Shown here: in pieces, positions 1-10,805 of the stretch | Position numbering within the stretch: position 1 is the stretch's first letter | Layout of the letters: every line of letters starts with the position of its first letter | Made by a program: the position numbers and the translations under genes | Notes under the pieces: model-generated | Databases searched by the model: none | What the model saw: the letters and a program-made list of their open reading frames with translations, nothing else | What the model was told of the DNA's origin: nothing | Source of the DNA: Wickerhamiella versatilis | Lineage: Eukaryota | Assembly: GCA_030867685.1 (NCBI GenBank) | Contig: JAQOWU010000003.1 | Coordinates: 558,001-622,000, forward strand | Direction: 5' to 3' | DNA: 64,000 nucleotides

Positions 1-879
1 AGGAGTTACCAAATGTTTGTTTTCCTGTTTGATAAAGCTGTTCCAGGACTTTTTCGGAAAATACCCGATTAAGTCGTCATATTCGTGACCGAGTTTAAGC
101 TCGTATTTATCAAGGTAGGCATACAGCCCGTCAGTGCCCAGAACCTTCGCTATTTTCACCAGCTGGTCAGTATTTGACGTTCCGTGAAAGAACGGATCCT
201 TCCTGAAGATCATTGCGGCGAACATGGCACCCAAAGACCACATGTCGAGGGAATAGTCGTATTGTTGGAAGTTAACCAAAAGTTCAGGGCCTTTAAAACA
301 GCGCGAGGCGACACGAACGTTGTATTCCATACCCATGTGGTAAAATTCTGCAAGACCCCAATCTATCAATCGCAAGACTTTTCGTTCGTGGTCGATCATG
401 ACATTATGGGGCTTCACGTCACGATGCATAATTCCCTTTGAATGACAATAGTCCAGGGCCTTGATGATTTCATAGACATAGAATCGGATTTCAAGATCCG
501 AAAGCTTTGGATAAAGAATGCGGAAATCAGTGTTGTTGACGTACTCGAAGATGAGCGAGGGAGTCTTCGACAGTGGGTCACGGACAACGTCAAGCAAGGT
601 GACAACGTTTGCCCCCCCTGTCAAGTTCTGAAGAATCTTAATTTCACGCTTGATCTTCTTCTTCTTAACAGGTTTAAGGACCTTAATGACACATTTAGCG
701 TTGTTTTGCACGTTAATCCCCTCAAATGCTTCTGAGTATTTTCCACGGCCGATCTTGCGGACAACCTCGTAGTCCGACTGGCGGCCCCAAAGAATAGCGA
801 CGTTGTCATAATCCCAGTAGCTACTGGGCATTTTCAGATTGTAGTCCGCATATATCCGCGCAACACTCTGCTTCACCAT
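1..879 (-). CDS. Casein kinase 2 catalytic (alpha) subunit, 3' end outside the window
   Basis: Hand translation from ATG 879 (in-frame TAA just upstream): [14 protein letters not shown]...GRGKYSEAF...[16 protein letters not shown]...HRDVKPHN...IDWGLAEFY...GPELLV. CKA1 vs CKA2 not resolved. Confidence 0.95.
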   Translation of the reverse strand, partial: MVKQSVARIYADYNLKMPSSYWDYDNVAILWGRQSDYEVVRKIGRGKYSEAFEGINVQNNAKCVIKVLKPVKKKKIKREIKILQNLTGGANVVTLLDVVRDPLSKTPSLIFEYVNNTDFRILYPKLSDLEIRFYVYEIIKALDYCHSKGIMHRDVKPHNVMIDHERKVLRLIDWGLAEFYHMGMEYNVRVASRCFKGPELLVNFQQYDYSLDMWSLGAMFAAMIFRKDPFFHGTSNTDQLVKIAKVLGTDGLYAYLDKYELKLGHEYDDLIGYFPKKSWNSFIKQENKHLVTP

Positions 880-1136
880 GGCTTATGTCGACTCTTGGGT
901 TACGCTGACAAACGTGAGTGTCAAGAACAGAAATTTTGTCGGTGGCCGCACATGCAAGCATATGTGAAATTATTATTGTTCTGATCATGAAATACTACAT
1001 ATTTTTTTGCTCGATATTTACCTTTCTATTCTAGACGTTAAGATTTTTACTGCAACGTACTTTTGCATCACGTGAGTATATTACAGGTTCCGCTGACGAA
1101 AGCAAAACCAAAGGACCTCAGTGTAAACACCGTAGA

Positions 1137-3707
1137 ATGGACGTTAAGGAAATTCTGCGTCGAGCGATTGATGGTAAGGTCGATTCAAGTGTGCGTGCGG
1201 CAGCGCTGGCGCAGCTGCAGACGGCAGCTCGTGACTACTTCGTGCCTTATGTTGGCATGTTGGTACAAACATTGGCCGACACCAGCACTGACGATCAAAC
1301 CCGTATGGTTGCAGCCCTGGCTCTGAAAAATGAGCTTACAGCAAAGAATCAGCGTACACGTCATGCCCAGGCAGAAAGATGGAGCGCTATTGATCCTGCA
1401 GTACGAGCTGAAGTAAAGCACGCTGCACTGACGTCCCTGGAAACTCAAGTCGAGCCAGTAGCAAATGCAGCGGCTCAACTTGTTGCAGCTATTGCAGACA
1501 TTGAACTTCCTCTCGGTGAATGGCCGGAGCTCCCTGGCATTCTGGTGGAGTCAACCCGTGCTGATCGGCCAGTTAATATAAAACGAGCGAGCCTGGTAGC
1601 GATTGGCTACATTTGTGAGTCGGCAGATCCAAATAACCCGATGGTAACTTCTCACATGGATGGCTTCCTCACTGCAATTATTCAAGGAGCCCAGAAAGAG
1701 GAGCCTAATGAAGGGGTACGACTTACTGCTTTAAATGCTCTGGTAAATTCCCTTGAGTTCATTAGGCGAAACTTCGCTCAGGATAATGAGCGTAACTACA
1801 TCATGCAAGTGGTCTGTGAGGCGACGCAGGCGTCAACTACTGAGTTACAGAGTGCAGCGTTCGGTGCGCTGAGTCGGATTATGTCCCTCTACTACGTTTA
1901 TATGAGACCGTACATGGAAGCAGCTCTTTTCCAGCTTACCATCACGGGTATGCAGAGTGAGGATGAGGGTGTGGCATGTATTGCTTTAGAATTCTGGTCA
2001 ACCGTATGTGAAGAGGAAATGGTGATGCCACTGGAGGGGCCACATGCCTCTCAAAACTTCGCCTTACAGGCATTGCCACTCATTCTTCCTACGGTTTTGA
2101 AACTACTTTTGAAGCAGGATGAAGATGCGGACGAGGATGAGTGGGGTTTGGCCATGGCTGCAGGTTCTTGTTTACAACTTTTAGCTCAAGATATTCGCGA
2201 TGCCGTGGTTGAGCCTGTAATCCAATTTGTTGGTGCTAATATTCAAGGTAGTGAGTGGGCTCAGCGTGAGGCAGCTGTAATGGCCTTTGGCTCTATACTC
2301 GACGGGCCTGACATGACACAGTTGCGTTCTCTTATCCGTCAAGCATTGCAGCCCTTGTTGGTTTTGATGCGCGACCCTAGCACACAAGTTAAGGATACGG
2401 TGGCCTGGTGCCTTGGCCGGATAGCAGACCTTGCGATTGATGCTCTAGACCTTTCACAGGACCTACCCCCTATGATGCAAGTTTTGATGGAGGGACTAGG
2501 TGACGATCCAAAAGTTGTCACTCACTGCTGTTGGACTATCATGAATATTGTCGAGCAGTTGAGTCCCGTTCTTGTCGAAACAAATGCGATGTCGCAGTAT
2601 TACCCTGACCTTGTCCGCCTTCTGGTTGACATAACTGCCCGTCCAGATAATGAGCATAGTTGTCGGACTTCTGCATACGAAGCTCTATCTTCTCTGGTAA
2701 TTTGCTCCCCAGAAGATGTCCAACCCCTTGTGATGACACTGAGCGGGACTGTTGTCGAGCGTCTACAGCAAGTTGCTGCCTTGCAATCTCAAATCGTCGG
2801 CACTGATGATAGGCAGAACGTTGAAGAACTACAGATTAATTTGCTTGGTCTCCTAACAAATATTATCCGCCGTGTGGGCGAGCGAGTTTTGCCAGCTGCT
2901 GATCAGTTGATGCAAATGCTTATACATTTTCTTGAGACCAAGTTTGCCGACTCTCTCATTGAGGAGGACTTGTTCATTTGCATTGGTACGGTTGCTGGTT
3001 GTATAGGTCCGGCTTTTGCGCCATATGCGCCTGTGGTTGTACCATACATCGTCCAAAGTTTGAAGGAGACTGAACTGCCTGCTGCATCGACAGCTGTGGG
3101 ACTTATTGCTGACCTTTCTCATGCTTTAGGACTGCAAATAATCCAGTACATGGCTACATTTATGTCAGAGTTCGCAGCAATTCTTTCGAATCCAGACGTG
3201 CGCCAAGACTTAAGACCACCAATCCTATCCTGTATAGGAGATTTGGCATCGGCAGTGGGCGAGCAGGGATTTGACCCATATTTGGATGGTGTCGAACAAC
3301 TAATGCTTCAAGCGGCATCAGTCCAAATTACGCCGGAAACTTCTTTGGAGACAGCTGACTATATAGTGGCGTTAAGAGAAGCTATTCTTGACGCCCACGT
3401 TGGCATTGTGACTGGACTACGTGAGAGTCCTGGTCGCTTTGCTGCTTTCGTACCGAATACCCTTGCATTTATAAAAATGGTTGTCACAGACGTTGAAATG
3501 CCACTAAGTGAGTCGCTCATCCGTTCAGCTGTGGGGCTTATTGGCGATATTGCTTCAATGTATCCAGGAGGAGAATTCAAGCAAATTTTTGCAAATGAAT
3601 GGGTTACTGAGCTCATCAAGCGGGCACGCAGTCCAGACTTTTCCAAGTCTACCCTTGATTCGGCACGATGGGCGCGCGATCAACAGAAAAAACAGCTAGC
3701 TGCGTAA
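1137..3707 (+). CDS. KAP95: Importin beta-1 (karyopherin beta)
   Basis: 856 aa HEAT protein with ALKNELTAK, ERNYIMQVVCEATQ, EFWSTVCEEE, REAAVMAFGSILDGP. Confidence 0.95.
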   Translation: MDVKEILRRAIDGKVDSSVRAAALAQLQTAARDYFVPYVGMLVQTLADTSTDDQTRMVAALALKNELTAKNQRTRHAQAERWSAIDPAVRAEVKHAALTSLETQVEPVANAAAQLVAAIADIELPLGEWPELPGILVESTRADRPVNIKRASLVAIGYICESADPNNPMVTSHMDGFLTAIIQGAQKEEPNEGVRLTALNALVNSLEFIRRNFAQDNERNYIMQVVCEATQASTTELQSAAFGALSRIMSLYYVYMRPYMEAALFQLTITGMQSEDEGVACIALEFWSTVCEEEMVMPLEGPHASQNFALQALPLILPTVLKLLLKQDEDADEDEWGLAMAAGSCLQLLAQDIRDAVVEPVIQFVGANIQGSEWAQREAAVMAFGSILDGPDMTQLRSLIRQALQPLLVLMRDPSTQVKDTVAWCLGRIADLAIDALDLSQDLPPMMQVLMEGLGDDPKVVTHCCWTIMNIVEQLSPVLVETNAMSQYYPDLVRLLVDITARPDNEHSCRTSAYEALSSLVICSPEDVQPLVMTLSGTVVERLQQVAALQSQIVGTDDRQNVEELQINLLGLLTNIIRRVGERVLPAADQLMQMLIHFLETKFADSLIEEDLFICIGTVAGCIGPAFAPYAPVVVPYIVQSLKETELPAASTAVGLIADLSHALGLQIIQYMATFMSEFAAILSNPDVRQDLRPPILSCIGDLASAVGEQGFDPYLDGVEQLMLQAASVQITPETSLETADYIVALREAILDAHVGIVTGLRESPGRFAAFVPNTLAFIKMVVTDVEMPLSESLIRSAVGLIGDIASMYPGGEFKQIFANEWVTELIKRARSPDFSKSTLDSARWARDQQKKQLAA

Positions 3708-3876
3708 AATCTTAGGACATAAATGATTCCACTAAGGGAATAGATTAGGAATAGTGAGTTTTTGCTAAAATTTCGTTTCCTTGCAATACACCATAACAGA
3801 GCGATTTTTGGTATCGTGATCCGATATAAACATTTCCTGGATATGAATGGCTTTCAGTTACCGCTTGCATCGAAAA

Positions 3877-3950
3877 GGTCCCATGGCCCAGTTGGTCAAG
3901 GCGTCGAGCTAATAACTCGAAGATCGGCGGTTCGAGCCCGCCTGGGACCA
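3877..3950 (+). tRNA. tRNA-Ile, anticodon AAT
   Basis: Acceptor stem GGTCCCA/TGGGACC, D arm, anticodon stem TCGAG/CTCGA around loop CTAATAA, GGTTCGAGCCC T arm, T-rich Pol III terminator downstream. Confidence 0.97.
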
Positions 3951-4430
3951 TCGTTTCTTTTTTGATACATCAACTTCTTTTGAATAAATTCACGAATGCA
4001 TAAATTTTTTACTTTCAGATCGAGAGAATTAGTTCCTATCTCAATGCAGAGTTAGCTAGGATCATACGATCAGATCTACATTCTGAGATAGAAGGCATTC
4101 CCAGAAGACATTCCAATTCATTTAATGACAGGAGGGAGTTGGTCGATACGAGAAGATAATTATTGCTCAGCTGTTATCTATGGGATGTTGACTTTATATG
4201 TAGTAACCAGAAAATAGTATTATTATATATAAGCTGTATACAAGGACTCCTACGAATGAAAATGGAAAACGTACACTTCAGAGCGCTGCGCGAACGCATT
4301 GAAATAAACGTCAAATAAATCTTCATAAATTAGTTCCTCCGCTTAATCCTAGTGGAACTAATATCTACATCGAAGACCGAGATGGCTGTGACTTACGCGT
4401 TTGTCATCAACATACCTTTCGACGAAGCTT

Positions 4431-4823
4431 ATGTCTGAGGAAGCCAAGAAAGTAATTTCCCTGGAGGAACTGAAGCAGCACTCAAATCGCGATGATTTGT
4501 GGCTCGCTATAAACGGTAAAATCTATGATGTGTCTGGTTTTGTCGATGAGCATCCTGGTGGCGAAGAAGTGCTTCTTGATGAAGCCGGAAAGGATGCGAC
4601 TGAAGCATTTGATGATGTGGGACACTCGGAGTACGCGTCGGAGCTCCTCACTGATATGTATGTTGGTGAAGGAAACCCAGAAGAACTGGTGACTGTCAAA
4701 CAGAAGCCTCAAACAGTAGACACCTCTTCTTCAACACAAGGCGGTGGAGCCAATGTCGGTTTAATTTTCCTCGCCATTGTGGTAGCTGGCGTTGCGTACT
4801 TCTACTTCAAGGCTAACCAGTAA
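4431..4823 (+). CDS. CYB5: Cytochrome b5, C-terminally anchored
   Basis: HPGG heme motif, second His ligand in FDDVGHS, C-terminal TM helix; first ATG at 4431. Confidence 0.93.
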   Translation: MSEEAKKVISLEELKQHSNRDDLWLAINGKIYDVSGFVDEHPGGEEVLLDEAGKDATEAFDDVGHSEYASELLTDMYVGEGNPEELVTVKQKPQTVDTSSSTQGGGANVGLIFLAIVVAGVAYFYFKANQ

Positions 4824-5554
4824 GTCAATTATTCCTCTAAATTCAATCCAGCCAATAGGAGATTAGTTATTTGCTAGGACAAGTGTGTCGATTATTTGTC
4901 ATACATTTTGGATCGCTATGAGAAGTTCTTACTGTTCACCAAGTTGAAGTTTGTAATGACTGGCTTGCACGTAGCGATTTTGTAAAAGTTACTTAACATG
5001 AAATTCCTAATTCTGTTACTAAAGTTAGCTATAGTGGTATTTGTATGATGCTGTGCTCTATGGATTGGAGGCCATCATCACACCCGCATTTAAAAAATCA
5101 CCCAAGTGTTGCTTTGCCCATGTAAATTCGCGTTAAATTCGTAACCATTGTGCTGTGCTAGCTTTTTCCCGACAGAGAAAGATAACAACCCTACCCCGCG
5201 TAAACGGCAAAGCGATGTTAAGCGAGAAGGCTGTGCTATTTATTGCGAGCATGTTACTGATAACTATTTTACAGTTTCTAAGGATGCTAAGATATATTTG
5301 AGTTAATTGGCCAGTATTAACCTAAATACAATAGAGCTATGGGGTATGAGCATAGATTTGGTTATGCTCTTCACGTGCCTCTGGTGGGCTGGGGTAGCGT
5401 ATGGCGCCGATATCGGCATAGTCAACAGGTGATTATTGACCTGTTACCTCAATTGTAACAGACTAATCCTCTATTCTAAATTAAATAATTATCATGCCGC
5501 TTTTGTTTCTCACGACTTACTCCTGCAAGGGTTGCCCAGCGTTGTCCAGTCTTG

Positions 5555-5561
5555 TGACTCA
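5555..5561 (+). promoter_or_regulatory. Gcn4/AP-1 site TGACTCA upstream of GCN4
   Basis: GTGACTCAT about 40 nt upstream of a TATATA element near 5599. Confidence 0.55.
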
Positions 5562-5685
5562 TTAGCCGAAGGGATTAGTAATTGCATAAAAATTTCACTA
5601 TATATTTGAGTAACCTACAGGGGGTATTCGTTGCCGTTGCCACCCCACCCAATTTAGAAGAGAAGAAAAGAGAAAAGTTATCGAA

Positions 5686-5697
5686 ATGTCCTTCTAA
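5686..5697 (+). promoter_or_regulatory. GCN4 uORF1 (Met-Ser-Phe-stop)
   Basis: gaaATG TCC TTC TAA between the TATA-like element and the GCN4 start. Confidence 0.85.
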
Positions 5698-5753
5698 ATA
5701 TCAGATTATAGTGCGTGTGACAACAAAATTTAACAATTACCCAACGAAAGAAA

Positions 5754-5765
5754 ATGAAGTTCTAA
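5754..5765 (+). promoter_or_regulatory. GCN4 uORF2 (Met-Lys-Phe-stop)
   Basis: aaaATG AAG TTC TAA ending 28 nt before the main ATG. Confidence 0.85.
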
Positions 5766-5793
5766 CAGGAAATTAACTGTTTCTTTCGCGAAA

Positions 5794-6546
5794 ATGACAG
5801 CCAGTAAACCAGAAACTACAGAGAATACTCAATTGAATCAAGAAATGTATACAAATCTCCCAGTGAGCCATTCCAAACACCAAAGTGCGTTCGGCAAGTT
5901 TGCCGCCCGCCAGGCAGCCCTAGAAGAAAGCCCTTACGCAGCTGTGGCTTTGGCGCCGCCGACGCCATACACCCCTTCGAGCAATAATGTGGAGACCGCA
6001 TCCCCTGAAGAATTACTAGTGGGCTCTTGCTCTGGTCTAGATGTTTGCTCGCCATTGTTTGATTCTATCGATTTATCGAATGAGTCGACCAATTGGACGA
6101 CGCTCTTCCCTAACTCTGGGACCACTGAATCCTCTGAGAACGATGCCAAGCTCGCCTCAGTAGAAGAATATGAATTGTTGCCTGAGTTAGCTTCGTCACT
6201 GTCTCCCAACTCAAATGAATTTGAAAATAGGGAAACTGATTCAACTCAAGAACCATCTCGTAAACGGCAGCGCCGAAGCACCAATATAGATAATAAAGTC
6301 GATGGTCTCGGACTGACTGCTTACAACCGCAAGCCAAGGTTAAATCCATTGAAACCAGTTGAGGTCGTTGGAAATGACGAGACTGCAACTAAGCGTGCGA
6401 AAAATACCGAGGCTGCGAGGAGGTCTCGAGCCAGACGCGTTGAGCGGATGGGCCAGCTAGAGGATCGTGTTCGTGAGCTCATGGGCGATAACGAAAGGTT
6501 AGAGGCGGAAGTGTCTCGCCTTAAAAAATTAGTTGGTGAGGATTAG
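5794..6546 (+). CDS. GCN4: bZIP general amino-acid control transcription factor
   Basis: KRAKNTEAARRSRARR basic region plus zipper, SPLF and WTTLF activation motifs, AYNRKPR, short uORFs in the leader. Confidence 0.95.
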   Translation: MTASKPETTENTQLNQEMYTNLPVSHSKHQSAFGKFAARQAALEESPYAAVALAPPTPYTPSSNNVETASPEELLVGSCSGLDVCSPLFDSIDLSNESTNWTTLFPNSGTTESSENDAKLASVEEYELLPELASSLSPNSNEFENRETDSTQEPSRKRQRRSTNIDNKVDGLGLTAYNRKPRLNPLKPVEVVGNDETATKRAKNTEAARRSRARRVERMGQLEDRVRELMGDNERLEAEVSRLKKLVGED

Positions 6547-6673
6547 ACTCTTCTCAAATAGTAATAACTGTTTTCACTTTATAATTTGAATTGCAAAGTA
6601 GCGTGATTCTCGTAATAAATCTACGAGGTTTATTACACGATTAAATGTTAGTCATTGGTGCTTAATAAACAGA

Positions 6674-7945
6674 ATGGTGAAAGGTTCCTTGCTGAATCCC
6701 CGAACGCATGATTTTGAATTTGGAGGGCCTTGTGGAACATTTATTTTGAGTCTTGGCCTTCCAGCCTTAATAGAGCTGTTGTACTTTAGTTGCAATAGTA
6801 AAGGATGCCCTGCTGCCTTCGATGGATTCCTTCATCAAATTGTCAATGCCGAATATCTTAATTTTTCAGCACTATTAGCATTTTGGATATACTTGGGGTC
6901 TTTAGCGTTATTGGATGTTATCATCCCGGGTAACTGGGTACTTGGAACTGAGCTCAGGACGGGGGGAAGACTTCGATATAAGTTTAATGGCTCGAGAGTG
7001 ATAGCACTGCTTGCTATAGCCCTAGTGTTCAGGTGGTTCAAGACTGAAGGGGAAATGCCTGAGCTTCAATTCGTATATGCAAACCTGCTTCAGTTAGCTA
7101 ATGCCTCCCTTGTTACTGCATTCATTATAGCTACCGCACTATACATTGCGAGTTTCCGCAAGCCAGAACCCCTACTTGCATTAGGCGGTAATTCGGGTAA
7201 TATCATTTATGACTGGTTCATTGGTCGTGAGCTTAACCCAAGACTTGGAAACCTCGATATCAAGCTTTTCTTAGAGATGCGACCTGGTCTTCTATTGTGG
7301 ATTATTTTAAATTTGTCCATGGTTCATCACCAATACCTTTATTTCGGTGAGGTTACCCGTTCTATTGTTTTGATCACAGCATTCCAGGCTTGGTACGTTA
7401 TTGAAGGCACTTTCTACGAGTCTGGTCTTGTCAGTATGATTGATACAACCCATGATGGTTTGGGCTTTATGCTGGTTTTTGGTGACATTTCATTGGTTCC
7501 ATTCACCTACACTTTGCAAACTAGGTATCTTGCCGATCACCCCACGCATCTAAGTCTTGTGGCTTGTTTTGCAATAACCGCTATTTATATTTTCGGAATT
7601 GCAATCTTCCGGCTCTCTAACAATGAAAAGAACAGATTCAAGGCCGGTGACCCCTCAACCTCTCATCTCAAGTATTTGGAAACACCAACAGGTTCAAAAT
7701 TGCTCTACACTGGCTGGTGGGGAACGGCGAGGCACATCAATTACACAGGGGACTGGGTTTCTGCTCTGGCTTACTCCTTGCCATGTGGGTCCGCGATAAT
7801 CCCTTATTACTATCTGGTATATTTTGCATCTTTACTTGTGCATCGGGAAAGTCGTGACGAGGCTAAGTGCGCGGCAAAGTACGGTGACGTTTGGGTAGAG
7901 TATAAGCGCCGGGTTCCGTACCGTTTTATTCCTTATGTGTGGTAG
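6674..7945 (+). CDS. ERG24: C-14 sterol reductase
   Basis: LNPRT..FEFGG, GGNSGNIIYDWFIGRELNPR, GWWGTARHINY, KYG.VW.EY.RRVPY. Confidence 0.93.
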   Translation: MVKGSLLNPRTHDFEFGGPCGTFILSLGLPALIELLYFSCNSKGCPAAFDGFLHQIVNAEYLNFSALLAFWIYLGSLALLDVIIPGNWVLGTELRTGGRLRYKFNGSRVIALLAIALVFRWFKTEGEMPELQFVYANLLQLANASLVTAFIIATALYIASFRKPEPLLALGGNSGNIIYDWFIGRELNPRLGNLDIKLFLEMRPGLLLWIILNLSMVHHQYLYFGEVTRSIVLITAFQAWYVIEGTFYESGLVSMIDTTHDGLGFMLVFGDISLVPFTYTLQTRYLADHPTHLSLVACFAITAIYIFGIAIFRLSNNEKNRFKAGDPSTSHLKYLETPTGSKLLYTGWWGTARHINYTGDWVSALAYSLPCGSAIIPYYYLVYFASLLVHRESRDEAKCAAKYGDVWVEYKRRVPYRFIPYVW

Positions 7946-8511
7946 GTAAGCCTAAAAAAATGAAGTCACTTCTGCTCATTAATGGGAGGTAAAAATTGCA
8001 GTGGGCTACCCCACATTGTCTAGCCAGTCTCGCATAGTAGGGTGGAATCTGCGGTATTTCATTTTAACTACACAAATTGAATTTCCTCATAGGTGTGATG
8101 CGAGACTGTGCAGCAATTACATACTTTTTTTGCAGATATTTGAGAGATATCTTTACATATGTTATCATAATACAGTGACACTTTCCAATCCTCTATCACG
8201 TTATAAGTTTGGAAAGAATCTGGAGAGTATGCAAAAGTAAGCCTTTTCTAGCAAGATAGCATTCTGGTGGTAATGCTGAAGTACATAACGTATATATATA
8301 CAACATGGGATCACGTGCCATGTCTGTCGTAGAACGACGCTATTAGAAGACCGCATAACAATGAACAAAGAGGATCTTATGACATTTAACGATACTCTAC
8401 CACGTAAATGCCACAATTTCAGGTTTCTGTTTCTATAACAAATCAATTATCTCTGTTCCGCATCCATATAATTCCGAGTAAGAAAACTCGGTGCTTAACT
8501 TTTTATTTGTC

Positions 8512-9603
8512 ATGCTGTGTCGGGGCTCGCGCAGTATAACGACAGTCTCTAGGCGTACAAACCTAGCTTCACGGCTCAACCGAGGTCCTTCTTTTGAAGA
8601 CTTTCTCTCTGGACGTGCTGCAAATGCAGAGTTGGAGGATAAGGTTGCTGCGGCACAGTCAAATGAGGAAAAGCGCCTGCCTCGATGGCTGAAAACAAAA
8701 ATCCCAAAAGGCCAGAACTACTCGGGACTACTAAAAGATGTACATGGCCTGGGTTTGCATACAGTATGTGAAGAGGCTCGGTGTCCGAATATAGGTGAAT
8801 GTTGGGGTGGCACTGATAAGTCGAAGGCTACTGCTACTATCATGCTTATGGGAGATACTTGTACCCGTGGTTGCCGTTTCTGTTCGGTAAAAACTAGTCG
8901 TCTTCCTGGTCCGCTGGATCCGAATGAACCTCTCAAAACAGCTGAGGCCATTGCAAAGTGGGGTCTTGGTTATGTGGTGCTTACGACTGTTGACCGAGAC
9001 GATCTGAGTGACGGAGGTGCAAACCACTTCGCTGAAACTGTGCGTTGTATCAAAGAAAAGTCGCATGGAAAGACACTTGTTGAATGTCTTGGCGGTGACT
9101 TTCGAGGAGATCCCAACATGGTTGATGTTTTGGCTAAATCAGGACTCGATGTTTATGCCCACAATGTTGAAACCGTCGAGGAGCTAACTCCTTATGTACG
9201 CGATCGACGAGCAACATTTAATCAAAGTATTGGTGTACTTCAACGTGCTAAAGAGACCGTTCCCTCTCTCATTACGAAAACATCACTTATGTTAGGTTTG
9301 GGTGAGACGGATGATCAGATTCTGCATACGCTAAAGAGACTGCGGGATGCTCATGTGGATGTAGTCACATTTGGACAGTATATGCGTCCCACTAAAAGGC
9401 ATATGAAGGTTGCTGAATATGTAACACCTGAGAAATTCCAATGGTGGCATGATAAAGCCATGGATATGGGCTTTCTATATTGTGCATCAGGCCCGCTGGT
9501 TCGGTCGTCCTATAAAGCAGGTGAGACTTTCATAGAGAATGTCCTCCGTGGTAGAGCTCCACATGCCAAAGCACCTAGTGAAGATGTCGGTCCTATCGCT
9601 TAG
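8512..9603 (+). CDS. LIP5: Mitochondrial lipoyl synthase (radical SAM)
   Basis: [34 protein letters not shown], presequence-like N-terminus. Confidence 0.96.
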   Translation: MLCRGSRSITTVSRRTNLASRLNRGPSFEDFLSGRAANAELEDKVAAAQSNEEKRLPRWLKTKIPKGQNYSGLLKDVHGLGLHTVCEEARCPNIGECWGGTDKSKATATIMLMGDTCTRGCRFCSVKTSRLPGPLDPNEPLKTAEAIAKWGLGYVVLTTVDRDDLSDGGANHFAETVRCIKEKSHGKTLVECLGGDFRGDPNMVDVLAKSGLDVYAHNVETVEELTPYVRDRRATFNQSIGVLQRAKETVPSLITKTSLMLGLGETDDQILHTLKRLRDAHVDVVTFGQYMRPTKRHMKVAEYVTPEKFQWWHDKAMDMGFLYCASGPLVRSSYKAGETFIENVLRGRAPHAKAPSEDVGPIA

Positions 9604-9894
9604 TCTACTTACCGTCGAGTGGTTGTTGGATACCTATTTCTTCATAATAACTATTGAAGACAATATAATAAAGCTATGGTAAATAAGTCTTGAATGTATC
9701 AATTGTCGAAGTTCAGTCGTGCAATCTGACATGTGATATCTGTTTAGAATGTATAACGAGTCAAGTTTAAATCGCGTATAAAAATAAATTTCTTTATCAA
9801 ATATAGGCATACAGACTGGTTGATGAGAAAAAGCGTTGGCAAAAAATTGTTTATAGAAGCACCCCATCGAGGCACATAATCACGGAACCACACA

Positions 9895-10701
9895 ATGCGC
9901 CTTGAATTTCCATCGGCTCACTACATGTTCTGCCATCCACAAAGCTCCTTGAAACGTATTAGGAGATGGAAGCACTTACTCACTGTTTCGAATTTGGATT
10001 TTGTGGTGGATTTCGACCCCGAGGTTAGAATACGGCTGATGTACCGATGTCGAGTTCTTGAGGACTGTCCAGTACACATTCAGACTAGAATTCATCGTGA
10101 CGCATCTTACTTTGCATTCAAATGGAAGACCACAAAGGGTACATCCAGGTTTCAAGTGGAAATTTTGCAGGGTGCTGATCACCTCATGATGATATTGGAG
10201 AGGCTGGGTCTTACCGTGGTCAACACAAGTAGTGAGAGTTCTCAGAAGCCAGATTTGGACCTCAACCGTTCCATTGAAGATCATAAAACTATTTCTGAAG
10301 CCCAGAAACACATACAGGTTTTTTGGGTATCAAGGGCCTTCGTCAGTTCCGATAAACCAGTTCGCTGGGAACACATAGGCCGTATGTCTGGGTTGATTCT
10401 GAGCTTAAATGAGACCAAGGTTGTTTTATCCTGGAACGAAAAAGTTGTTGACACCTTCTTGCTGGATAGTAAACGGCTTAGAGCGTATTATGCGGAAGGG
10501 ATCGTCGGGCTTAAGGAACGACGAGACAACGTATTTTTTCATTTACAAGCACGTATAGATGCTCGCACGGTCAATTTTGTGTGTAACTGGCTTGAGCAAA
10601 AAGGAATTGATATGGAAGATAGCTCTACGAAACGAGGTGCTGCATCATACGCAGGGACAACCAAACTGACTAGCGGGTGGGATGAGAATCCTTATCCCTG
10701 A
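9895..10701 (+). CDS. Uncharacterised 268 aa protein, possibly two tandem Rec114-like PH domains
   Basis: Intact ORF with two ~105 aa units sharing RW(K/E)H, a beta-strand pattern and a terminal LE(R/Q)xG helix; by-eye resemblance to the Rec114 N-terminal domain. Confidence 0.55.
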   Translation: MRLEFPSAHYMFCHPQSSLKRIRRWKHLLTVSNLDFVVDFDPEVRIRLMYRCRVLEDCPVHIQTRIHRDASYFAFKWKTTKGTSRFQVEILQGADHLMMILERLGLTVVNTSSESSQKPDLDLNRSIEDHKTISEAQKHIQVFWVSRAFVSSDKPVRWEHIGRMSGLILSLNETKVVLSWNEKVVDTFLLDSKRLRAYYAEGIVGLKERRDNVFFHLQARIDARTVNFVCNWLEQKGIDMEDSSTKRGAASYAGTTKLTSGWDENPYP

Positions 10702-10805
10702 ATAGAGTTATAGCAGTCATAATCAATGCCTTACTTAACGGTTATACTTAATATACTTATCATATGGGTAGTTCCGTAGAATCGCCACATTTAGTAATCA
10801 ACACC

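Noticed and set aside
184..809. Short ORFs listed in the first 800 nt
   Set aside because: Antisense or off-frame shadows of the CK2 alpha gene, which the track misses because it runs off the window
5582..5776. 64 aa TTG-start ORF, or a cpc-1-like non-AUG extension of GCN4
   Set aside because: Not in the GCN4 frame; the GCN4 frame has TGA at 5755, leaving no long extension
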